Shown here one piece after another: positions 26,611 to 37,727 of a stretch of DNA of 64,000 nucleotides (the first letter of the stretch is position 1; every line of letters starts with the position of its first letter). Source of the stretch: Stylophora pistillata (Eukaryota); the NCBI RefSeq assembly GCF_002571385.2, contig NW_019217843.1:664796-728795 (forward strand). The letters are read 5' to 3'. Under the pieces are notes generated by a model. The model was not told where the DNA came from. It was given only the letters and a program-made list of their open reading frames with translations, and searched no databases. A program made the translations under genes and the position numbers.

Positions 26611-29600
26611 GGGGACGGAATCGTTGGATACAGGGCCGGCAGACGACGGTTTCTTTACTTCCGATTGAGTTGCAGCAGTAGTTTTTGTTGATGCGGCCAC
26701 TTGAGCCACTGGTACCGTTTTCGTATCCTGCTGGCCAGGATTTCCACCGCTGCCTAAAGTGGCCGCAGCATTCAGAGTCGGATCACTTTTTTTCTCATTC
26801 GATACACTGAATACTGTCTTTGTCACCGCTCCAACCTTATTACTGACTGATACCCCTTGCACTGACGGCCCCACTTTGCCGGTAGATACTGCCGTGGAAG
26901 AAACCACAAAGGAAGCGGAAGCTATGGAAGTGACTTGTGAACCAACTACAGGGTAACTTATCGTTTTATTGGTCACAATGGCTGTTCCAGACTGCACATA
27001 AGTAACTGGTGACCCGGATGAGACGACTCTAGTGATCTGGGTAGCTGCTGGCCTCGCCACCGTCACCGCACCCGGGAGGTTTGGTACCACTGAAGTTTGG
27101 GGGTTAGTAGTTCTACTAGTTACTGTTCTCTGTAGAGACACCACCTGGCTGGGAACGGTCCTAACTGGCTGACTAAGGAGGGTGGGTGCTCGTGTGTTTT
27201 GGACAAGGGTTACTCTTCCACCAGCTGGAGAAACTGAGCTGCTACTATTCAGTTTTCCGGCTAAAGCAGCAAGACTTACAGGCAACGAGGTGGCAACCGT
27301 TCCTGATGCCCCTGGCCCTTTCTGGTTGATCACTGTCTGAGTAGCACTAGAAGGCGATCGCACAGGATGCCCAAACATAACTTGGGTTTGACCAGTCAGG
27401 GTGTTAGTTCCACTGCCTACAGTTTGAAATGTTGTACCACTAACCAACTTGTACGATCCTTTGAGACCTTGGGACATAACAAGCTTATTTCCATCCTTGG
27501 TCAAAACGCTTATAGTTGAAGGCTGAGAAGCGTCACCCACTCGGGTGAAAGAAGGCCTTCCAGAAGTCAGGACAGCTGACGATGGGGAGAGCTTCCCGAG
27601 TGAAGAGGCTGCAGATAAAGATGTACTTGACGTCGATACAGCTCCCGATGGAAAAGAAGGAGCTTGCGTTGTTACAGCAGCCCCTTTGAGACTCACAACA
27701 GAAGTAAATGAAGAACTCGGTGATTGTGAAAGAGGTGTTTGCCTGACTGGCGCTGACACAATGGTCCTCACAGGTAGCTGGGAAGCGGAGGGTACAACAC
27801 CACCCTGAGCAGACAGAGCAGCACCAACAGAGTTGAGGTTGACAGAAGTCTGTCGCTGACTTTGAGGCTTAATGATATACTGTACAGTCTGCCCTGCTGC
27901 AGCATTTGACGACAAGACCGAAGGAGAGCTTCCTCGCGGTAGAGTAATGAATGTCTGTGTGACCCTTACACCAGGATCTGAGCTCTTCGGAGTCAAAGAA
28001 ATGAAGGCTTGACCTCTGTTGGCGGTGGCCAGTGCTCCTGCCGACGCACTTGACAAGGGCACTTGGCGAGCAACAGTTGTTCCGTGTAAAGGAAACCCAG
28101 TGAGGGAACTGGGGTGCACGGGAATTGCTTGAGGAACACTGGTAACTACCGATGTAGCTGCAGCTCCAGTCACGTGAATGACACTTGGAGGCGGATTGGT
28201 TGGTTTTGATTTAGACCTGGAGGTCCTCGGTCGTTTAGCTGGGCTGGGCTGGCTGAGCGAGCGAACGCTGCTTATAGCCCCCAATGTATTGCCCAGCGGT
28301 AGCTTGAGTAACGTTTTCCCTTGTTCTTGAACAGAAGACTTCTGGGAGGTCGACTTCTTTGCCGATGCTTGTGACGTCAGTGCTTGCTTACCTACCGAGC
28401 GATCCAATTCCGACGACAGATCACGTGAGACTGATCGTTTCCTTTTCTTTTTCCGAACATCGACTTCGTCCATGTCTGAGGAGTCGTTTCTGTTGTGAGA
28501 ACTGTTGTTGCTCATAGACGTCAAAACAATTCCTAAGAAATCGCCGATTTCATCCTGGAAAGGACCGAATTTCACAATGAAATGAGATTAGAGAATTGTT
28601 GTTAAATTGCCTTCTTAACATTTTTAAGTTCTAGGTGAAATTTGATTTGCAGAGAAAATTCGAAAACCACCTGCAAGATTCCAGCAGCTCGAACTGTCGC
28701 AATTCCACAAGCGGCTAATTGCTGACCTATGCAAAATCCTTCCTCTGCCTGATGAACAAGTTCAAAATGAAATGACACTTACCATTATTAATCGATCCAC
28801 CATGCTCTGAGTTAGACGCTCCTGTTTCTTCTTGGCACGACTTAAACGCAACTAGAGCACAAATAAGATGCCATTACAAAAACTGCATTTTTAGCCTCTT
28901 TAGGGAAATGATGGATTGACCCCCAAATGTTTTTCACAGCAACGCGGTAATGATTAATGTTTACCGAATTAAGAACCAATAGTTAAGAACGGAAAAATAG
29001 AGCAAAAAAAGCCCTCGTAAAACTCAAACTTACGTTTTTCCGTTAAGACTAGATGAAACTTCGAGCAAAACAAAAAGAAATATCAGAAGNNNNNNNNNNN
29101 NNNNNNNNNNNNNNNNNNNNNNNNNNNNNNNNNNNNNNNNAGAGAGGAAGGTCCGGGTCCGGGCACATGCTCCCCCGGAAAACTTGAAATTTGAAACTCT
29201 CTGCGACATGATTTACAGTTTTCTGGGACATATTTCAGTATTTTTGTTGTACCAGACATTGATGTTATAACCACTTCAAAAATATTTATTTTGTCTCTGA
29301 TCGCAATTCAGAACCTAGCCGGTACCTAGTCTGACAGCCGCCCCGCCTACTGCCCTCCAACGATAACCCTGATACCCTAGACTAGCCTTAGAAGACTAAC
29401 TAAACTGTTCGTCTTCTCTTTCTTCCAACAAAAGGCTTGTATCTGTTCGAATTTTCTCGCCCTCTAACGATAACCTTGATATCCTAGACTAGCCTTAGAA
29501 GACTAACTAACCTGTTCATCTGCTCCTCCTACCACCAACAGGCTTGTGTCTGTTTTCATTTTCTCGCGCATTTCCTAAAATAACAACAAAAATGAACAAT

Positions 29601-32600
29601 AAGCAATGAATCAAATTGTTCACTACTATCACTACTAATACATACATTATGCAGATAACTCCTCGTGTCCTTGGTACGGCATTTCTTTCTGACACAAATA
29701 CAATCCCTGCCTTTTTAAACCCTTCAATGTCTTCATTCCACTTAGTTAGTTTAAATGCAAAGCAATGTGACATGCAAGGCGTGCTATGTTGATTATATCA
29801 GTGCTATTTTTCCCAATTGCCAATCTGGAGTCCGGCTGTGTGTGTCAATAGGCACCAGTGTAAGATCTACATGTACGCTCTTTCACTTAATGGAAGCAAT
29901 TGTAAAATCAACAGCTTGTTTTAAAGTTACTTTTGTCAAGGATACAAATCTTTATGTCATAAGTAGACTTCTCGTTGTCTGAAATATTCCTAATCTTCTG
30001 AGGAAAAAAAGAGGATAAAATATACCTCCACATCTTCTTGTGATGTGAGAGTTGAATGTGATCCAATGATAAACAAAGTGGGTGTTTTCAACTCCAGTAG
30101 AGGATCTTCCACTCCCTGAAAGACATAATCAATGAGTAGTACAAACAAATAGGTCACTAAGTAGTAAGTAGTTAATGTCAAGGTATAAGTCCAAAGAAAG
30201 GGCTTCACACCTTGGCCAGAGAAAATTATCTTAATGAAAGAATTGAAAAAAAATTAACAACAATGAACTTCAAAAAAACACTGCTGTGAGCTACAGCAAA
30301 GTGAGATAGATTGGCAGTTTTCAGAGCCGAGAGATGAAGTTCGAAGATCTGTTATTTCACCATTGAACCATGCTTAACCTTTTAATTCTAAAGATCTCAT
30401 TCTTAATTCTCCCCTCTAGCTGCTACACCTTTCCTTGTAAATAAGTTACATGAATTTGGGGTCAGAGCAAGAGAACTTCTACCTGATAAGTTTACCAATT
30501 TGATGGATGACATATGGATATTATAGCAAGAAGTTACATGTTTATCACCTTTGGGAGTTAAAGGCTTTCAAAAAATAAATTCTAAAAAAATGTGTCCAGG
30601 TTGTGGTTGAATCACATTTGTTGTTTACTCACCACTCTTACACCTGTTAAACCAGTGATTGGAAAACCAAGGCAAACAACTGCACAAACAGATTCCATCA
30701 GAGCAACCTAAAATACACCCATGTGTCATTACCAAGTGAATACAGCCCCTCTTGGCTTTTCTATCTCTGAGATATCCATGAGTTATGTGTAATATGCTGA
30801 TTAAATAATAATACTTGTATATGTTGTAGTTCAATTTTATCCTTGGTTCAAATTTTATTTTCCTTTGTTTCAAACTCATTATAATACATTAACATGACTG
30901 AGAACAAAGGAAAATAAAATTTGAACCAAGTATAAAATTGAACTACAACATATACACAGCCAAGGAGTTGACCTTGGGACAACAGAGAGCAAATCCATGT
31001 AGCAGTAGGGTGGAAGGTTTGAACCCAGTGCCCTATCAGCTGGCCACACTGCTTCATATCATTTGCCTCCTCTCACATGCCAGTGATCAAAGAAGTGCTG
31101 ACCAAACTACAAAGGTATACTAGACATAATCATCACATGTAGACTAAAGGAGACAAATGATGTGATACCTAGGCTGAGTACACTATTACTGGTTGAACTG
31201 CTCATTTGTTATCTGATTAATTAATCATTGTTCCCTACCTGACAAGAGACTAAAGCACCAACAGACCAACCCAACAGAATAATGGGACGATTAGGAAAAT
31301 GACTTCTTAGCTGGATAGTGAAAATACAGTAAAATCAAAATCAGAATAACTTGAAATGTGCCACAAATGACCAAAGATTTAACAACAATTGCCTACGCAG
31401 ACAGAACGTTTACCACCTCATTCATATCATAAGAAATACCATAAGAAATACCAAGTCCAATATGCAGTGCATCTAGCTTACACAAAGAGAACAGATTTAA
31501 GCCTTTGCTTTGTGAAACATGTATCATTAACTTACACACACTGCCGGGCCACTATGACTTGAAGAGAAATTTTTGTAACTGGATAGACAAGAACATATTA
31601 AGGAAACTTTGCTTCTGATGGATCTCTAAAAGTTTCAGTCAATCTAACAACTATTGGATCTGCACATTCCAAAACAATAACCAGTAAATAGCATACTGAT
31701 GTAAAACATCCAGCTAAAGATTTTTTATACCTCCAAAACTTTCATTCTTACAGCACCAATAATGTGATCCAAACACTGGCTGATAGACACTCCACTTCCC
31801 CCATTGCTCGTGTGCATGGTAACAGGAACGACTTTTCCAAGAACAGACAAGTGGTTGTGCCAGAAGCGAGCCCGCTTGGATGAAGTTCCTGAACTGATGC
31901 TTGTCGTTGGGCCACTGGGCACAACCAAGAGCAAGGGAGTTCCTGGTAGTTTACGCTTTGAAGAGAAGGATAAACATAGCCTGTGACTTTGGAAACAGTT
32001 TCTTAAATGAAATTTGCAATGGTATTGTCATAACTCAAATATTTTTCCTACAAATATGTACTTAAATGTGAAATTTTTTAAGATTATATCCAATCTACAC
32101 GTACTTTTATATGAACATGTAACATCTATATCTCGTGCAGATATTTTGTCTAGAAAAAACAAATTAAAATTGAGATAAAGTTCTAAATGCAAAATATTTC
32201 CATTCTTTGTTGATATAAGGTAACAAGTAGGATATAAAATACCAAAAACGTCATTGCAAATCTTCCTTGCTGTAGCAGCTCGGAATATTGTGACTGATAT
32301 ATTCACAATTGTGGAGAAGTTTCATGTGGATCGCTTCTGGGAGCTACAGGGTTAAATAGCCATCAGAAGAGTGTTATTGTGATACCTGTTTATGTTGCGT
32401 CACAAGTCCATGGGCAGGGTCCCAAGGTCTTTTCAGAAGCAAGCTCAGAGCTTCTGAACTTGCAGCCAAGCCACGCCGCTGACTGGTGGGTTGTACAAGC
32501 ATTCGATCAACAAGTGTTGGAACCTCAAGGGAGTAATATCAGTAACACAATGTAATTAAACATTTTTAACACAAATATGTAAGAAACAATTGCAAAAGGC

Positions 32601-35600
32601 TCTGAAACATCAATTTCTTGAGATTCAGGTGCAGTTAAAGAGTCCATAATATGTAAATATTTATATATTCCATTACAATATTTTGTTATCCTTCAAAATA
32701 TATTATTTTGAGTGATTTTAAACTAGTTGTATTTGTGTCCGGATAGATATTATTGCTATGGTAAGGATAAATTCTGTCTTGGTCGCTCATGAGATTAAAA
32801 CTGTGAAACAGGATGTACAAAAGAAACATAAGAAAGAGACTCACTTTTGCTCTGAGGGTTTGAAGGACATCAAGGTAGCAAGCCAACAAAGGAATACTCA
32901 AGCCATCCACTAAGGTACTGTGCAACCATTTCATTAAATTTGGATCCTATGGAATAAAGTATTATAAAGTATTGTCACCAGAAAAAAGGTAAGAATTAGA
33001 ATAAATATCTTTGTTTCATGCATTTTCTTCTTCTTTTTCATCAGCCAAGAGCCTGCCATATGACTGGTGATTACTGTAACTTCACACATATAATGGTATG
33101 TTCTTGCTTGGTACAGTTTTACTATGTTTAGTAGAAAAAAAAAATTTATCCACACATTTCTGCAACATCAGAAATATGCAAAGTTATCATTGAGGAAAGG
33201 TTCTAATCTTCAGTTATCAAAAGGAAACATTTAGTTTAGTGATGTGCTGGTATACAAAATGTTGTGAATTCACTCAACACTCAGTTTTACTATACTCAGG
33301 GCATCTGACAGGATGTGGGGGTGCGGATCCGCATAATTCACCTACTTCCGTATCCTCTGCATCCTTGAGGCATTTTTCCGCATAAAAAGTCTAGAAAATT
33401 TCTACGTATAAGCAAGAAAGCAACTGCTTACCATCCTCAGAAGCAAAAATATTGATCATAAAAACTACATTTTTTTAATCGTTTCTGGGATTTTCCGAGG
33501 TTAAAATATCTTTAAAACCAAAATGAAAGCGAATACAACAGATGCCCCCTCCCCCCAATTCCCAGGCCAGACCACATCACAGTAATCTCCTGAAGTGGGT
33601 TCTTTAACATCCCCTACCTAATCAAATTAACTAATAAATAGATGCAGGAGACGGGACCTCTATTTATTTGTCCCTATCCAAGAACACTAGAATATCTAAC
33701 CATTTCGTGATGTTATAGAAAAGTAGGATATTCTTCTCAATCATTTTAAGGACCTGAGTGTTGGTCCAGCTAGGGCTCAAACCCTTGACCTCCCGCACAA
33801 CAGTCTGGTGCTTAACCAATTGAGCTAACTGGTTTCCATGTCTCAATGTGGTCAAAATTGTTAAGGACTCTCATTCTGCAATGTTTCTGTCGTAGTGACT
33901 CAATTCCTTCTAGAACTTTTCTTTGCTTTAATCCTCTCTCTGTTGCTACGATCTCTGCGTTTTCCCCATCAACACCACTTTGGCACTCCATGGTGTGTCG
34001 TGCCAAGCCTCCATCTTCTTTGCCCATCCATTTTTTGGCTGATAGAGTGTTTCCTTTATGAAGGTCCTCATTTGTTAGTCTCACTTTGTCCATGTGTTTT
34101 TTCTTTCTTGTTTGGAAAAGGCACCATGTTTCTCCTACATACACAGTATTCTGGCAGTTGCAAGGAATCCTATACACAACGCATTTTTGCTTTTCACCAA
34201 GTGGCTCTTGACATGTGTGTTTAATCACTTTTACCTTTCTTCCAGGCTTGAAAGCAACTTGAAAAGAGTGTCGGTTAACAGTTCTTCTGAACTGTTCAGA
34301 TAACCCTTTCAAATAATTATGGTATGGTCACGACTCCATGACTTTCCTGTTCTCTTTTGTCTACCTGTTGAGGTCTTTGTTCCATAAATCTTTTCACTGA
34401 TTCTCTGGGGTATCCATTTGCTACAAACATGTCTTCGATGTTGCATAGTTCGTCTTCCAGGTGTTCTTCATCACATAAAGCCCTCGCTCTGTCAGAAAAA
34501 CCTTTTATAATGGCTCTTTTCATACTTTCTGGGTGATTGGACCTTTTCTTCACATTTATGTTTGTGTGAGTCTTCTTGTAATGGACAGAGTACATTATCT
34601 TCTTGGTCTTTCTGTTTACAGTCTGCTTTAAATCAAGTACTGGTAAAGCATCTCCTTGGTTGATCATTTTGAAGAAGTTATTCACCCAAAAAAAAGCAAC
34701 GAAAACATGCCTTTCATTCGTAAACAATTTTAAACTGCCTGGCGTTCCATGCATCTTCTGGTGATGGGCCTGGGTTCTACTTTTGTTTTAATATTTTGGG
34801 ACTTCTGGTGTCCAGTTTTCCTCGTCCAATTTAATGGCTGGTTACTAAGCTTCGGACAAACTCAACAATGAAAACTATGAAAAAACTGCATTGAACGAAG
34901 ACATACCTGTCCATGAATGGCAGCAAAAGGTCAAACATGTCATAAAGGACAAAAATTCTCGGTAAGACATTAACGTATATTTTATACGTTGGAAAAAGCC
35001 AAGGGAACAACTTTATAAAGTTTTAAAAATTTCCGCAGAATCTGGCATCTTTTCCACATAATTGTCACTTTCTTCCGCATAATATTGCCGAAAACTTCCG
35101 CATAATTTTCCCTTTTTTCCCCACACCCTATCAAATGGTCTGTATATTAGACCATAACATATCAAAAGGATATAGTTTGGGACCAATTGTAAGAAAACGA
35201 AACTCACCCATTCTGTTTCACTTAAGATTTGTCTTGTTCTCTTGGTTGCCTTATCTGTTGTTATACGTCTCATAACAGGCTCATTGGGAAGCTGTAAAAA
35301 CAGACATTACATCAGCAGGTCAACAAATTCTGACTCTTTCAGCCTAGAGAATTCCAAAATTCCCTATGGAATTCCCCTACTAGGAATTTTGATTTAATTG
35401 GTTTGGATGTTTTCCAGATAAGAAGTCCGATCCTTCCTAACTTTAGTGTTTTCAAGTCTTCTATGAACCTTTCTAAAGCTTATGCCCAGTCTTCTAAACC
35501 AAAACAGCAGCAAAAACATGCTTAAAGTTCTAATGGACAGTGTTGGTTTAACAGTAGGGCAGATTCACCACTCACACCACAGTACCTAAAGAGCCTGTTC

Positions 35601-36857
35601 CCAAGCTAATCTGGCAACAGTTAGTTTACCCAATGAGGCAATACTTTAAACAGATCTTACTCCTTCATAGGTCAATCTTGCCAGTCTCAGGTTTGACAGG
35701 ACTCTTGTAATTTTGTCAAATAACACACTCTGCTTGGCACTCCAGCCATTTCTAGAAAAAAAAATTGTTTTATGTTTGATCATGTTGTGGTTCAATGTTA
35801 ACTTCTCTTTAATTCATATGCATCATGAAAATGAGGTTAAAACAAAAAAGAAATTAAAATTCAACCCTATTATATTTCCAGTAATGCATTTAATTCTGAA
35901 TGACCTTTTAAATTGTCCAATGTCAAGAAGTGGACAAAGTAATAAATGGTAGAATTATGGCTATTACAGTCCCTTGCATCCAAGCATGAACATGTGAAGG
36001 CAAAACATGATCTAACTGGTTGTCAAAAAGGGCATTATTGGTCATGAAACATTTTCTGGTAAATTTAGTGATAAATGAGTGCTGGGATTTCTCTTATTCT
36101 AAGGATACAAAGAAATCCTGATTACAACATTGTACAACGGACTGGTAGAGATGTGTTCATTAAAATACTGTTCCACTTTTCTAAGCAATTTATTGATCTA
36201 CTTCATAACAACGACACTTTCCTAGTAAATTCTCTAACTGTTCCACTTTTCTAAGCAATTTATCGATCTATTTCATAGCAACCACACTTTCCTAGTAAAA
36301 TAATTTGGATATATCAACAAAGTTGAAATGGTAAATTGACCACCGTAACGATTACAAAAGCTGACGTTTCGAGCGTTAGCCCTTCGTCGGAGCGGATGTA
36401 TCCGATCGTTTATTGGCGATTGAAACAGAGTTGTCACAAAGCTGTCGACCGGTATTGGGCTCCCGTGATGACATTTTCAGCTAATAACAAATTCTACAAC
36501 ACAATCTCACCTGGAAATTTGCTCCTCCCATGTGTCTGGAGTCTTTTTACTAGACACAGTGCTCACAAACTTTTCACACTCAGCCATTACTGTCTTGGCT
36601 TTTGCAGTATCATACATGATGTTGGCAGAATAACATGGAACAGCCGATTCACAGACATCGATTTCCTCGTCATCTGCCAGAGGAAAGTTCTCTAGATCCT
36701 CCCTGGGCAGAAACAACGTTTTAACTGGACGTACTTTTGATGCATCGGGATGTGCTGACCATGGCTTGGCATACGAATGGTCGAGATGAATGATTTCCGA
36801 GAGAGATTGAATATCTCGAATGACTCCTCGCTCGTTGTAATGAGAAAACGTCGACAT
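26593..36857 (-). CDS. KANSL3: KAT8 regulatory NSL complex subunit 3 (alpha/beta-hydrolase-fold NSL3; ~1105 aa, 12 coding exons)
   Basis: Exons 36857-36511, 35751-35661, 35291-35208, 32946-32845, 32523-32386, 31955-31731, 31310-31239, 30707-30633, 30115-30026, 29574-29512, 28851-28783, 28554-26593; total 3318 nt, all GT-AG, phases consistent. Diagnostic peptides [78 protein letters not shown] match vertebrate KANSL3. Confidence 0.95.
29090..29140. other. Assembly gap (N run) in KANSL3 intron 10
   Basis: Run of N characters. Confidence 0.99.
29355..29460 (-). pseudogene. Degenerate tandem duplicate of KANSL3 exon 10 and its donor flank
   Basis: 29355-29460 parallels 29461-29567. The copy reads [18 protein letters not shown] versus [18 protein letters not shown]; its donor GTTAGT is mutated to TTTAGT and it has no acceptor. 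Confidence 0.85.
30375..30570 (+). mobile_element. Abundant ~200-bp TTAA-flanked MITE family (piggyBac-like ends)
   Basis: Consensus TTAACCCTTTAACTCCCAAGATCT...AATTCTCCCCTCTAGCTGCTACAC...GAATTTGGTG...AACTTCTACCTGATAAGTTT...GGGAGTTAAAGGGTTAA. Related full or partial copies lie at ~6030-6125, 11076-11250, 41860-42045, 42410-42503, 45460-45610, 49249-49460 and 50760-50930. Confidence 0.8.
33539..33835 (-). mobile_element. tRNA-derived SINE in KANSL3 intron 3
   Basis: Minus-strand head TAGCTCAATTGGTTAAGCA...GGTTTGAGCCC; ~120-bp central block GAGGTCCCGTCTCCTGCA...GTTAAAGAACCCAC...GATTACTGTGATGTGGTCTGGCCTG...GGGGGCATCTG shared with the SINE at 5323-5720. Confidence 0.8.
33836..34680 (-). mobile_element. 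Penelope-like retroelement fragment (RT C-terminus/linker + GIY-YIG endonuclease), frameshifted
   Basis: ORFs 34317-34754 (LPVLDL...SVHYKKTHT...[12 protein letters not shown]...NGYP...VTIP) and 33812-34312 (VAFKP...[18 protein letters not shown]...LARH...VLEGIES), separated by a frameshift. Confidence 0.9.
36167..36300. repeat. Tandem duplication of ~70 bp
   Basis: ACTGTTCCACTTTTCTAAGCAATTTAT(T/C)GATCTA...CACTTTCCTAGTAAA occurs twice, directly next to the Penelope-derived repeat. Confidence 0.9.
36300..36395 (-). mobile_element. Short Penelope-derived repeat with a minimal hammerhead motif (U4C variant), in KANSL3 intron 1
   Basis: Minus strand GCT-CCGACGA-A-GGGC-TAAC-GCTC-GAAA-CG-TC-AGC, with the same 3' block as 2700-2789. 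Confidence 0.75.
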
Positions 36858-37727
36858 TTTGCTTACATGTGGCTTGACAGCGTATGCAGGAATTATGGGT
36901 ACATCTATTGACTCCTAGTCATTTCGTGTACCTTACACAAATCTAGATATTGCCTCGAGTAATGCCGTGGACCGTTCGAGCCCTTCATACACTCGCCCAG
37001 TCGTTCAGGCTCTTCTAGCTGAGGCACAGGATACCCACACAAGCGGCGTGTCTGGTCGTTTGATCGAAATATAAAGAAATGTATGGGAGAATATTGAAGA
37101 GTCGTAATATCGTAAACTTATATCAAGGAATGTCTATGTTAAGGCTCAAAATAAATATAAACCTACCTCACTTGCTGTGTATAAGAAGGAGACAGTAAAG
37201 TAACAGTCAACGCAAAATCTACCAAATCGCTCAAATTCGCCATTTAGAACCACAGAAACGACAATACACAGCAAGTGAGGTAGGTTTACATTTATTTTGA
37301 GCCTTAACATAGACATTCCTTGATATAAGTTTACGATTTTACGACTCTTCAATATTCTCCCATACATCTCTTTATATTTCGAACAAACGACCACACACGC
37401 CGTTTGTGTGGAGTTCCTGTGGCTGAGGTTCATGATCGCCGCATTCATGATCGCCGCGAACACTTGTACACTGTCACTTAAAACTTGTCACCCCAGGTAA
37501 AGCAGTTGTGTGACTTTAGATGATAAGGTGGTCATTAGTGGACACGACTTATGGCCTTTGAAATGACGGAAAATAAGCGTGTTTTTTTACGGGGTACTTT
37601 CGAACCTTACAATGTGGTCATGTGTAAATCTCATGATGTGAAACGTGACACGATGCAACTGAGGAGCGTGACGTGTCTGCCGTGAATAAAGTGAAGTCAG
37701 GCCAAAACGAAGTACCTGAGATCTGAA
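36858..37727. promoter_or_regulatory. Putative bidirectional promoter region, KANSL3 (-) / PANK (+)
   Basis: Divergent start codons at 36857 (-) and 37728 (+), 870 bp apart; locally richer in CpG than the neighbouring introns. Confidence 0.6.
37019..37427. mobile_element. Foldback/MITE-like palindrome: two ~164-bp inverted arms with an ~80-bp spacer
   Basis: Left arm 37019-37182 (...CGAAATATAAAGAAATGTATGGGAGAATATTGAAGAGTCGTAA...ACCTACCTCACTTGCTGTGTAT) is the near-perfect reverse complement of 37264-37427. Confidence 0.92.

Noticed and set aside
26759-27808. Plus-strand ORFs overlapping the KANSL3 terminal exon
   Set aside because: Antisense shadows of a GC-richer coding exon, with no domain features.
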